A stretch of DNA of 64,000 nt from assembly GCF_006345805.1 (NCBI RefSeq), contig NC_043005.1, positions 3,286,001 through 3,350,000 on the forward strand. Reading direction: 5' to 3'. Source of the stretch: Octopus sinensis (taxonomy: Eukaryota). Of the stretch, positions 23,548-35,501 are shown piece by piece. The first letter of the stretch is position 1; each line of letters begins with the position of its first letter. The translations under genes were made by a program, and so were the position numbers. Under the pieces are notes generated by a model. It was not told the origin of the DNA. It worked only from the letters and a program-made list of their open reading frames with translations, and ran no database searches.

Positions 23548-24894
23548 TTACCTTGCTCCTTCCGAGTCCGAGCGGGGGGTAACCGCCTCCTCCTTGGCCG
23601 GGTCTCGTGGGTTCGGCTGGATCAGGCCCTCGTACAGGCGGCTCGAGACCTCCATTCGCAAAGGACCTACATCCTTCCTGAAATTGTTCGCCAGTACATT
23701 GTAGGCTTTATGATTTATTTTGTAGACCTTTATCAGGTCCTTTTTTAATTGTTCTTCCACCTCTATCTCTTGGAGGTGCTGCGTTTCTATACGTCGCATC
23801 ACCTCGCTGTCAACCGTCCGGATCGCGACGTAGGCGTTGTTGTCGTTCTCCGGCTTCTTTGCTTTTTTGATGTCTCGCTTTTTCCCTTCGGTTTTTCCTT
23901 CTGTTCTTCCTTTTTCCGGGGATGGATTCCTGTGCTTTCTTTTTGCGGCAGCGGCTGTCCATCCCTTTCCCTCTTTCTCTTCTGATGTTGACGTTGTTCG
24001 ATCTACTGTTGCTGGGGTAGCAGGAAATTCGGCAGAGGTTGCGGGCTTTACTGTTTTGTCTGTTCCTGCTGGTTCGCAGTTCTTCCGGATGTGCCCTTTT
24101 TTCCCGCATAGGAAACACCTGGGCTGGCGACCTTCCACCATTACTGGTAGCTGGTTGTCATTGATGTCTATCGCCTCGGTGAACTCGTCTAGGGTGGCTG
24201 GCTCGGCCTGCAGTGTGACAGTCACTTTCTGGCCGACCCAGAATTTTGCTTCTTCCACCACCGCGCTGATTATGTTGATCTTGTCCCTGAGGCCCGAGGT
24301 TACGGCTGCCACCAGTCTCTCAGGCTCTATTTCTGGGGGGACCCTTGTGATCGTAATTTTAGTGGTCCTCCTGCCCATGTATAAAGGTAGTAGAAAGACC
24401 TCGTCCGTCTTCAGAGGCTCCACTGAGTGGAGTTTAGCTTCTTCCACTGTGCCGAACCTCACTTCGACTGTGGCAAATTTTTTCCCTCTGGCGATAAATC
24501 TTATTTTATCCCATACAGGACCGAGGCACTTCTCTACCTGGTTTTCGGTGGAGAACCCAATTCTTCTTTCCTTGACATTGTATGTCTTGAAGATCACTGT
24601 TCTCTGTTCGACGTCCTCTTGCGTCTCCCTGGGTTGTATTAATTTGGTCTTTGTTCCGGACTTCGTAATATATTGCTCCAAAGCGTCCAAGTTGTCAATG
24701 CATATTTCCTTCTTTTTTCCTCCAGCTGCTGCTGCGAAGTTTAGAGTTTCTTTCACGGCACCTGCCTCTAGGCTTGGTGCCGATATTATCCTTCTAGCTA
24801 CTGGCTTTCGTTTCTCCGTGTCTGACTCCATGTCTGAAGATGGTTTTGGCTCACGGTTTTCAGATTCTGCTGTGTCTGTCTCTGAGTTTGCCAT
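23548..24894 (-). CDS. Tx1-type ORF1 (gag-like nucleic-acid-binding protein), 448 aa from ATG
   Basis: Open frame from MANSETD (ATG 24894) with CCHC knuckle CFLCGKKGHIRKNC. Confidence 0.88.
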   Translation of the reverse strand: MANSETDTAESENREPKPSSDMESDTEKRKPVARRIISAPSLEAGAVKETLNFAAAAGGKKKEICIDNLDALEQYITKSGTKTKLIQPRETQEDVEQRTVIFKTYNVKERRIGFSTENQVEKCLGPVWDKIRFIARGKKFATVEVRFGTVEEAKLHSVEPLKTDEVFLLPLYMGRRTTKITITRVPPEIEPERLVAAVTSGLRDKINIISAVVEEAKFWVGQKVTVTLQAEPATLDEFTEAIDINDNQLPVMVEGRQPRCFLCGKKGHIRKNCEPAGTDKTVKPATSAEFPATPATVDRTTSTSEEKEGKGWTAAAAKRKHRNPSPEKGRTEGKTEGKKRDIKKAKKPENDNNAYVAIRTVDSEVMRRIETQHLQEIEVEEQLKKDLIKVYKINHKAYNVLANNFRKDVGPLRMEVSSRLYEGLIQPNPRDPAKEEAVTPRSDSEGAR

Positions 24895-25525
24895 TGTTTG
24901 GCTCCTCGTACAGTGGGGGTGGCAGTACTGCCTACCTGTTGGGATTCTGCAGCCACTGGCTGTCGACGATGATGAAAAAGTCAGCAGTTGGGTAGTCCGA
25001 TGGTCAAGCAACAAAGTCGATATGTCAACTGAAAACCGTGTGAAACAAGACGGCCAAAGAATTGACTGTCAAAGAGAGAATGCAGAAACGTCGGTTTTCG
25101 CCATGTGGGGAACCTTGAAAATTAGTATTTACTTGAAATACCGAAACGAAAATTCGTGTATAAAATGGATTACACACACTCACGACTTTGTTTCCTCATA
25201 ACTTTTCAGAAAAATGGAATTTTCTACAAATACCTTTCAAATTGCGCCAAAATAATTCAACAGAATCCAACGTTTTTTGGCAACGAAGAATCGGAATTTC
25301 AAAACTTAAATTTCTTCCCTATTTATTATTTTTTTCGTTTTTGACTTTTTCAAATTTTGGGGGGGATTCCATGTAAGTAAATGCGAGGATTATGATTTTG
25401 TATTGAACAAAAAATTCTAAAGTTTCAAGTTTTGAATAAAACTACACCCTGCACACATGAACGAAATGAGCATAGCTAGAAATAACACCCAAATCTCTGT
25501 CGAATATGCACAACCCACATTTCTT

Positions 25526-26275
25526 GGTCAATATAAAGATCCTCACCCGGGAATAAAAAGAAAAAATTAACCAGCTTGTGTGGAAAATGAATATTAAAAA
25601 ATGCATTAGACGACCCTGGGGGTGGGGGAGGGGACTTTCAGAAAATTCGCAAGATCCAATTCTTCCGTCATAACTTCGGATAAAATGGATATATATTGAT
25701 TTTTTTTTTTACGGAATCTTCAACGTTTTTGGTTATGGAGGTTCCGATTCTGAACAAAAAAATTTCAAAAATTGCATTTTCAAAATGACATTATATTATC
25801 GCAATTTTGTGAGATTTGGCTGTTATTTCTAGCATGTGGATAGCCAGCTTGAAGGCCTGAGGGTATATATATATATTTTTTTTTTTGCCTTGTTGAAAGA
25901 TTTTACAGATTTTTTTCAGAATTGTAATATTCGTATTTTTCTACGTATTTCGAAAAAAAAACCGGAAAAAGTGAGAAATGAAGGGTGGGAGAGAATTGAA
26001 ATTTTGAAAATGCTATTTAAAAATTTGTCAGAATTGGATCCTCCATAACCAAAAACGTGGGATTCCGTAGAAAAAAAAATCAATATATATCCATTTTATC
26101 CGAAGTTATGACGGAAGAATCGGATCTTGTGAATTTTCCAAAAGACCCCTCCCCACCCCCGGGGTCGTCAGCGCGCATTTTTTTCAAATTCGTTTTCCAT
26201 ACACTTGTTAACACCCCCCCCCCCCCGGCTGGTTTTTTTTTTTTTGTTCCTGGGTGAAGGTCTTTATATTGGACC
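25526..26275. repeat. Long imperfect inverted repeat (~250-bp arms)
   Basis: 25526-25775 is the reverse complement of ~26005-26275 (GGTCAATATAAAGATCCTCACCCGGG…TTCCGTCATAACTTCGGATAAAATGG…). Related single units at 19212-19585 and 54066-54415. Confidence 0.85.
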
Positions 26276-28845
26276 ACAAAATCTAATTCATTTCAAACGT
26301 CTCCGCTTTCTTTCCGCAAACGTACTTCTACGATTAGAATGGAAGTTCTTACCATGCCCCTCACCTCCAACATACTTCATGGCAAAAACTCAACGATTTT
26401 ACGAAAAGAGAAACAAGAATCTGTTAAGGCAACCCCCATGAATGGCCTGAGGGTGACTTTGCTGTTATTTCTGGCATGTCGGACGACCACACTGAGGCCT
26501 TTCAAATGTCGTCTGCTCAGGGTTTGTCATAAGACGGGCACCCAACATGGGACGATCTTTCGGAATTACTAGACATAACAGCCAAATCTTTCTTAATTAC
26601 ATGCTGACAAATGCGGAAATAAGGGATTTAAGAAATTGCATTTTTCAAAATTCCAATTCTTAAGTTAGACTTGACTTTTTTTTAGACACGTCTCTTTCAT
26701 TCGTGTACGCAGCTATTTTGAGCTGTTCAATGTATGATAAATTAAATTTGATAACAGAACACGAGAGACTTTACTGTTTAGTGTAGATGTGTCTCAATTC
26801 TAACATAAAAGGCAAAGTATTTACGTTGAAGATGAATTAGATTCCACTCAAAATAAAAGAACGGCTTTCCCATATTACTTTGAAATAAAATGGAATTTGG
26901 AAAAAGTATGGAAAAGGGATTTAAATTCAATTCTATTTCTTTTGCAAACTTGTCGAATGCGGAAAGAAGAAAAAGAAGTGTGTGGAGTCAAAATGAGATT
27001 TAGCTGTTATTTCTAGCATGTGGAGACCGCTCATTTCCTTAGTTGAGTTGGAAATCACCCATGCATGCACGAATGAGTTTTAGAATATTTGAAATATTGG
27101 CGGGTGAGGAGAAGTGGAGTTTAAAAAGAATTTAAACTTTACAAAAAGCTTTCTTTTTTTTTTACAGAATCATAATTCTCAAGGAATCCCTACCAAAAAA
27201 TTCTGAGAAATGTGTAAATGAAAGAATGAGGGTCGGATTTAAATTTTGAAATACTTTTGCATAATCTGAATCTCCGTTGCCGAAACATCGGATTCCGTAG
27301 AAATGTTTTTAAAAGGGTTTTGGGTATGGTACACCTCTACTACGTGCCTGGGAAAAGTTTTTTCACAAGAAATTTCGATATACTCAGAATCTACAGCACC
27401 TAAAGAGTATTTATAGAAAGAACTCAAGTCCTTAAATGGCAAAATTTACTTAGCTAAAGGGAAAAGAAATTTCGTTTTCAGCAAGAATGGCAAAGTGTAG
27501 AATGGTCCGAGAGAATTTGGGAGGATTCTGCCTTAACAGTGGAAGGGAGATAACTCAATAGTAAAAGCTGACATTTATTCTGGAAAAGCAACAATATTTT
27601 CTTTTATCAGCTTGTTGCAAAATCGTTCTCTTAAGAATGAGTCTGATCGATAGATATAAGTTACTAAGTCAGCATAAAGTGATAAAAAAAAATCGAAAAT
27701 TCATTGATCGACCATTAACTTATTCACGAATATCGATTTTTGATGAAGGAACCAAATCGAATTAAGAAAAATGCATTCTCAAAGAGGACGAGATGACTCT
27801 TCCATCGATACAAGTGGAACCATCAAAGTTTGCTGCATAGGGGCGGACGTGGGGATAGTGACACACCCCGGCCGTCGGACTGTGTTGTGGAGCGGATCCA
27901 CTATTCTATGGAAAATAATACAGGGTACTTGGCTGTTATTTCTAGCATGATGCCAGAACACTAATGGATTAATTTTGTTCATATTTCGTTAAGTGTCTTT
28001 CAATTTTTATTTGAAGAACAGATTTGAATGCGCTTGGCTGCAATTTCTAGCACGAGACCTTGCCTAAGTAAATTTCGTTTATAAACGCATAAACTTGCTT
28101 CAAATTCTATTGTTTGTTACTAGCATGAAGAATGGACCACATGGGAATAACCCATGAAATACGTGTCCCAAAATTTTAATTGAAGTAATTGTGATTGTTA
28201 TGTAAATGAGAGATGTTGGTGGAGAGATAGAGATGGCAGTGAGAAAGATTTAATGAGACGAGGAGGGAGAATGCGGAGAAAGGCTACTGCAGTTTCCATC
28301 CAACACGGCACCTTGTAGACATGCGACATTCCAGTTCCCAGCCCATCGATGCGCGGGAGTGTTCTCATTCCTGTATTTGGGACAGTCCCGTCCCAATATA
28401 CTAGAAACGTAAGATTGCCAAAAAAATTGTTTAAGGTTTATTTATTCGAACTTTTTACATAAAATATTTACTTAGAAACATGTCCTAGAAATATAGAGCA
28501 GGAAAGGCCTGCTCGATATGACTGATTTTGTAAATGATAAAGCCGAAGTCACATGAGAAAATTCTAGGTAAATACCGGCTTTAGGTTTCTCTTACTCAGC
28601 GGGGATTAAATTCGATGTTTGGTAGTTGGAATAAATGATTGATAAAAGGGAGTTGAAAGATGCACACTAAGGATGCTGAAGAGTTAAGAAATGTTACGAC
28701 CCAATAGAGGGAGATATGACGCGCGAAACGAGAGGCTCGTTGAAAGGGACAATAAAGAATTCCTTAACTCAAAAACGAAGCTGAAATGCAAATTTTAGTT
28801 TAAGCATATCAAAGAGGGCGAGGTGGCTTACATTAGGATATGAGT

Positions 28846-28861
28846 GGCCCTGAAAAGGGCC
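28846..28861 (-). promoter_or_regulatory. Histone mRNA 3' stem-loop (H4 copy 2)
   Basis: GGCCCTTTTCAGGGCC on the minus strand. Confidence 0.95.
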
Positions 28862-28909
28862 GGGATTTGTCGCTAGTGACGACCACGAAGTTGGAAAAAC
28901 TTGCACAGT

Positions 28910-29317
<408 letters not shown>

Positions 29318-29481
29318 TTAGAGATCACGTGATTAAACCAGCGAATTGCAGCAAAGCGTTCGGCAGCAGCAGCAGCAGCTGTCGTTTGGCGCTTTCTCTT
29401 TGTGTTGTGAGAGGATATGTGTCAACATTTTGGCGCTTGTTGTATATAACACTTTAGCGCCCAGATATGGAGTGTATATAA

Positions 29482-29934
<453 letters not shown>

Positions 29935-29964
29935 ATTGAAAATAAGCTACTGCTTTAGACCAAC

Positions 29965-29980
29965 GGCCCTTTTCAGGGCC
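29965..29980 (+). promoter_or_regulatory. Histone mRNA 3' stem-loop (H3 copy 2)
   Basis: GGCCCTTTTCAGGGCC. Confidence 0.95.
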
Positions 29981-30227
29981 TCTAAATTTTTTCGTAAAGT
30001 CCTACTAACCTTCGAAATAGTGGTATGTTTTATGCTCTCGTCTCCGATCGTTTATTTATGCATTAAATTTCTTGTTTCAGCCAAGTATGATTTGAAATGT
30101 GGCTCGGCAACTTCAGAAATATACATACAACCACATGAACAGAAAGAATTGTGAAAATGTGTTGGACATTAATTTCCTTCCCGGCTCTTTCAGGGCCACC
30201 TTGCCCTCTTCGATATGCTTTAGTTTC

Positions 30228-30681
30228 TTTCAATCCACCCGCTCCCCTCCAACAAGAAAAGAAAAGACACAAAAAATGAACCCAGGCCGAACATTGTATG
30301 TATGACGGGAAAAGAAAATGGATGAGTATCAATGGTGTGACAGGGGAAAGATCAGGTATGCAGTAATTGGAAATGGACGAGTTTATGGTATGTGAAAGGG
30401 AGGATTGGGAAGTGAAAATTGTTGAAAAAATCATGTGGGATTTGGAAGAGACGTTTGAAAAAAGGATGGAGATGGAAGGATTTTGTATAGGAACGGAACA
30501 AGGAACATTTGTGTGGGATCAAAGGACAGGTAAGTGATGCTAGCGAATGGGGCCGTTGACACCACTTTCATATATCATTTTCATATTTCATTTTGCCCAT
30601 ATCTATGTAATTGTGATGTTCTATGTCCCCAATGTTTGTAGCGTCCCCTCTATGTAGCCCCTAGTGGGTAATAAAAAATCA
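30228..30681 (+). mobile_element. 454-bp 5'-truncated retroposon with 16-bp TSD
   Basis: GATATGCTTTAGTTTC at 30212-30227 and 30682-30697. Ends GTCCCCTCTATGTAGCCCCTAGTGGGTAATAAAAAATCA. Confidence 0.75.
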
Positions 30682-30697
30682 GATATGCTTTAGTTTC

Positions 30698-30880
30698 GGG
30701 TTCAGTCTTCTACTATATAGCCTCGAGCCGCCGTAAGTGGATTTGGTTGACTGAAACTGAAAGAAGCCCGTCGTATGTTTTGTATTTGTCCCCCAACATC
30801 GCTTGACAACCTATGGTGGTGTTTACGTCCCCGTAACTTTAACATTCGGCAAAAGAGACCGATAGAATGTCCTGGGGGGT
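30698..30880 (+). mobile_element. SINE family A, degraded
   Basis: GGGTTCAGTC…GTGGATTTGGT…GAAACTGAAAGAAGCCCGTCG…GGCAAAAGAGACCGATAGAAT. Confidence 0.75.
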
Positions 30881-31139
30881 CTATCTGTTCGGCTCGCAAC
30901 GAAGATATAATTCTGAAATTGTCACCCATGTATCGATCGATCTATTTTAGGGTTAGGGGTGGGGGAAGGGTATCTTTCTTTTCTTCAGAAATGTAAATAA
31001 ACCCAATCTGTTTCTTTAACGAGGGACAAATTCATACGGCACAGAATGTTTTCACCTCAATATACGGTCATTGATTGGTTGAAATTGAAGAAAAAAACAA
31101 ATATCTTACAAACTATAGAATTTTCTGAAAGCCAAGAGA

Positions 31140-32115
31140 AAAAGGTTAATATAGGGCGTGGGGGAGAGGCCTCGGAATATTTATATCGGGAATTTCCGAA
31201 AGCGTCTGAACCGGGCACAAAAACAAAAACAAAAACAGCGTAATAGGTGTAAAACAACTTGCTCTAAACGACTATCATGAAAAAAATGCGCGCTCGCGAA
31301 AGGGGGGTGGGGGAGAGGCTTCGGAAATTTCACATCTTCAGTCCACGGCCTTTAAACTAAGAAAAAATAGTGTAATTGGTGTAAAACTACTTGTTCTAAA
31401 CGAGTATCAAGAACACACACTCACACATGAATCATAAACTCCGTATTTCGCAAAAAAAAAATAAAGAGAAGAAATTCTGGAAAAAGTGAAGAAATGTTGG
31501 ATCTCATTCCTTGGTTAAAGCTATTTTAAACATTAAATTTATGCTTTTCTTTGAAATAGTTCAGATATATGCAATTCTTCTCACTTATTAAGATGCATTT
31601 ATCAGAAAAAAAGAGACAGAAAAAATTATTATTTTGTGTCAATCCTTCCCTAATTATCCTTTATTAATTAGTTTTGGCGTGTATTTTTTTCCCAAATTTA
31701 TTTTTTCACCTTTACAACACTGTTTAGTAAAGCAATTAATTATCTTTATAATTTGCATATTTGACTTATTAATCAAAATTCTCTAGATGTAATATATACT
31801 AAGTAATGCATCCTTCATTTATGTGTTCCGTTCTGTATTATGCATGCGTGACTGTTTGTATGTAAGTGTGTCCCCCACCCCTCTTTCTCGAGAGCGCATT
31901 TTTTTTTTCATATTCGTTTAGAGCAAGTTGTTTTACACATATTACACTATTTTTTTTTTGTTTTGGTGCCCGGGTTAGCCCCTCAGACGCTTTCGGAACT
32001 TCCCGATGTGAATTTTCCGAGGCCTCTCCCCCACCCCCCTTTCGCGTGCGCGAATTTTTTTTTTCATATTCGTTCATAGGAAGTTGATTTACACCTATTA
32101 CACACATTTTTTTTT
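31140..32115. repeat. Inverted repeat whose arms are ~100-bp tandem subunits
   Basis: Unit GTGTAATAGGTGTAAAACAACTTGCTCTAAACG…GCGCGCTCGCGAAAGGGGGTGGGG is forward at 31140-31415 and inverted at 31875-32115. Confidence 0.8.
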
Positions 32116-34219
32116 TGATTTTCTGATAATCGTAACGCCCTATATTAACCGAAATTATGTTAACTGCCGTACAAACCGAAAGAAAATATATACCCTCAAG
32201 CCTTCAAGCAGGCTATTCACATGCTGGAAATAACAGCCAAAACTGCGATGACATTGTAGGAAGTATGTAAATCAATCTACTCACCTTTCTGCAAAGGTTT
32301 TCTTTCAGAGTAATTCATGTAAAATAGACATAACAACCGTTCAGTTTCACTTTTAGACAGCGGGGTGGCTGGGGAATTTTTGGTCTAAAAACTTGAATTT
32401 CCACCCAATTTAATATTTTTTCACTTATTCTGGAAATTTATTTTTGCGAAATACAAAGGTGCGGAGATTGGACTCTGAAAAGAAAAGTGCAATTTCTGCG
32501 TCACCTCGATCCCCTCCTCCCGATTCTACAGCCTTGGACTGCAAGCAGGCTATTCACATGCTAGAAATAACAGCCAGCAAACTCTTGAGAAAAGAAAAGT
32601 GAAAATAGCAAAAGAATAGTGTGACAAAGTGAAATGAAAATGTTCATTCATGTGTGCAAACACAATAATGTCGTTTGTTTTCCAAAAATCCATAAAACTG
32701 CTTCAACATTTTTAATTTCACTTTTGTCATATTACTGCGGTGGCAAGACTTCTTGCCCGTCCCCGTCCCCCAAAATACCACTTTTTTTTTTTGAGAAATA
32801 CGTACAAAGAGATTATGATTCTGAATAGGAACAATTGTTTCTACAGCCTTGGACTTCAAGCAGGCTATTCACATGCTAGAAATAACAGCCAAATTTCACA
32901 AAACTGCGATGACAATTCTACTCACCTTTCTGGGTAATTTCCTTCAGTAATATGACAAAGTGAAATTAAAATTCGAGAAAATAATGGATTTTTTAAAAAC
33001 GGCATTATTACAAGAAAACGTGTTTGCACACACGATATGAATGAACATTCCTTCTTTCAAGAGTTTGCTGTTATTTCTAGCATGTGAATAAGCCTGCTTG
33101 CAAGTCCAAGGCCGTAGAATCGGGAGGAGGGAAATATGAAATTGGGGGGGGGGGGAGATTGAAATTTTGGAAAGGAACGACTTCCGCCCGTCCCCCACCC
33201 CCAATTTCTCTCAAATGTTTATTTTTATATTTTTTCTGCCAAAAATCCGTTTTCGGATACGGAGGTTCCGGAAGATTATCAAAGATCGGCATTGTGAAAT
33301 CCCCACCCCATACTTAACCCTAAAACCGCAACCGTAAGTACAGAAATATTTTGAAATGTCTGTATTTTTCCTCACCTTTATAAAAAAAAATTCTTAACGT
33401 TTTTGAAATTGTCATCAGAATTATTATCTCCATATTTTACCGCATATTTTGAAGAAAAAAATCGTGAAAAAAGTCAAGAATGGAAATAGGGGTGGGGGTG
33501 GGGGTAATTTAGAAATGTCGATTTTTTTCTCGTATTTCCCCGTAGCCGAAAAAAAAAATCTAAGGATGGCTTGGGGATCGTTTCCTTTTGAACGACACAT
33601 GTCAACAATTTCTATCGTTATGTATTATACGTACGGAAAGCGTGTATAAAAATTATTTTCCATTGCTTTAGTTTCAGCCTTTGGTTTTTTTTTTTTCTAA
33701 AAAAAAATACGAAGGCTAAAATTTAGGGTTAGGGTTAGTGACAGGACGTTGTCTGTTTCAGACGCAGCAAATGACTTTAGCTCACTTAGAGGCGATTCAT
33801 TGGTTAAAATTCGAAAAACAAAATAATTACAATTTTCCCAAGAAAGCCAAGAGAAAAAAAATATTTTGACATATTCTACCAGTATACGAAGTTTTAAAGT
33901 TAACTAGTGCCATTCAAAAGGAAAAGATCCTGGCTTGGGGTGGGGCGGATGTCCTTGCCAAGGGTTCCGTTTGTTGTAAAAGCATAAATTAACAGAAAGA
34001 CGGGATCGGGCGAACCCAGAACTCGAATAGGAAAAATGTATGATTCATTGGGAAGTGGTTGTTAGTCGTTGCTTGCCCATAATGTCCTTTATTCTCCTTA
34101 CACTAACTCGGCAATCAAAAAAGATCGCTTTTCTACGTTCAGGATTGGAACGATCACGTAAATAACTAAAGTCGCAGATCAATTGAAATTCGAAGGTTTA
34201 CAATCACGAAAATATAGGT

Positions 34220-34235
34220 GGTCCTGAAAAGGACC
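34220..34235 (-). promoter_or_regulatory. Variant histone 3' stem-loop GGTCCTTTTCAGGACC (H2B copy 2)
   Basis: Compensatory C-G to T-A change in the stem. Confidence 0.93.
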
Positions 34236-34259
34236 GGTTTTTTTTTTTGAGACCATGAT

Positions 34260-34637
34260 TTACTTGCTGCTGGTGTATTTGGTGACAGCCTTGGTACCTT
34301 CAGAGACGGCGTGTTTGGCCAACTCACCAGGGAGAAGCAGACGGACAGCAGTCTGCACCTCACGGCTACTGATGGTCGAACGTTTGTTGTAGTGAGCCAA
34401 ACGGCTGGCTTCAGAAGCGATTCTTTCGAACAAATCGTTGACAAAACTGTTCATGATGGACATAGCTTTGCTGGAGATGCCAGTGTCGGGGTGGACTTGT
34501 TTCATTACTTTGTAGATGTAGATGGAATAACTTTCCTTCCTCTTCTTCTTGCGCTTCTTGTCTCCGGGGGGACGTGAAGCTTTGGCCTTCGAAGCCTTCT
34601 TGGCTCCTTTCGAAGCGGTAGCTGGTGCTGGTGGCAT
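34260..34637 (-). CDS. H2B: Histone H2B
   Basis: Intact 125 aa, identical protein to copy 1, different 3' UTR. Confidence 0.99.
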   Translation of the reverse strand: MPPAPATASKGAKKASKAKASRPPGDKKRKKKRKESYSIYIYKVMKQVHPDTGISSKAMSIMNSFVNDLFERIASEASRLAHYNKRSTISSREVQTAVRLLLPGELAKHAVSEGTKAVTKYTSSK

Positions 34638-34905
34638 GATGTCTCATAACGACCATCCGAACCTCCACTCTATTTATAGTTGTCAACTAGGCTCAGCAGA
34701 AGAACATTTTTTCTAAATCCGCGCCCTTCATTTTCATTGGTTAGAATTTGACAAGTGTGCCACGTGACAAAAGCCCGCTCATTTTTCACCTGCTTAGTGC
34801 AAATCTCCGACTGCTGGAGCCCCCTTGGCGGTATTTAAAGGCGAAAGGCGCCTTTTATTTCATTGTTCTCTCTGTTTCGTTTCTGATTAGTATCAAACTC
34901 TGAAA

Positions 34906-35282
34906 ATGTCTGGTCGTGGTAAAGGAGGTAAAGTGAAGGAAAGAGCAAGACCCGTTCGTCCCGTGCTGGACTTCAGTTCCCTGTCGGACGTATCCACCGT
35001 CTTCTGCGTAAGGGAAACTATGCCCAACGTGTTGGTGCCGGAGCCCCAGTCTACCTGGCTGCTGTGATGGAATATTTGGCTGCCGAAGTGTTGGAATTGG
35101 CAGGAAATGCTGCCAGAGACAACAAGAAATCCAGAATTATTCCCCGTCATTTACAGTTGGCCATCCGTAACGACGAAGAATTGAACAAGCTTTTGTCTGG
35201 AGTGACCATCGCCCAGGGTGGTGTTCTTCCCAACATCCAGGCTGTTCTTCTCCCCAAGAAGACCCAGAAGGCTTCCAAGTAA
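34906..35282 (+). pseudogene. H2A: Histone H2A with a 1-bp deletion (pseudogene or assembly indel)
   Basis: 377 nt instead of 378. GTGAAGGAAAG at ~34933 lacks one base versus GTGAAAGGAAAG (copy 1) and GTGAAGGGAAAG (copy 3). Confidence 0.9.
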
Positions 35283-35316
35283 GCGCTTTCGGTGATTGTG
35301 CTTGGCTTAATCCAAC

Positions 35317-35332
35317 GGCCCTTTTCAGGGCC
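35317..35332 (+). promoter_or_regulatory. Histone mRNA 3' stem-loop (H2A copy 2)
   Basis: GGCCCTTTTCAGGGCC. Confidence 0.95.
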
Positions 35333-35390
35333 CACTACATCTTAACTTTAGTCTGCTTACCGTTTATTTTATTTGCGATTCGATTCTTAA

Positions 35391-35501
35391 TAGCAAGACA
35401 TAAAAGGCGTCATTCCGTAGATAAGGTTATGGGTATAGCCGAGTGCCCAAATCCTTGTATTGTCCCCATCTATGTAAGTCCTTATGGATAATAAAGAAAT
35501 A
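35391..35501 (+). mobile_element. 111-bp retroposed fragment with Tx1-like 3' end (paralogue 17366-17474, minus)
   Basis: Flanked by GATTCTTAA (35382-35390, 35502-35510). The last ~55 nt are about 90% identical to the Tx1 3' terminus. Confidence 0.7.

Larger units (their letters stand above)
19959..25061 (-). mobile_element. Full-length Tx1-type (L1 clade) non-LTR retrotransposon, ~5.1 kb
   Basis: ORF1 + ORF2 separated by 7 nt. Flanked by the direct repeat TTGACTGTCAAAGA at 19945-19958 and 25062-25075. Confidence 0.9.

Noticed and set aside
23837-25201. 454-aa plus-strand ORF
   Set aside because: Antisense shadow of Tx1 ORF1 with no recognisable motif.
31140-32115. CRISPR-like repeat-spacer array
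   Set aside because: Eukaryotic context, repeats ~100 bp and degenerate, no unique equal-length spacers, no cas genes.
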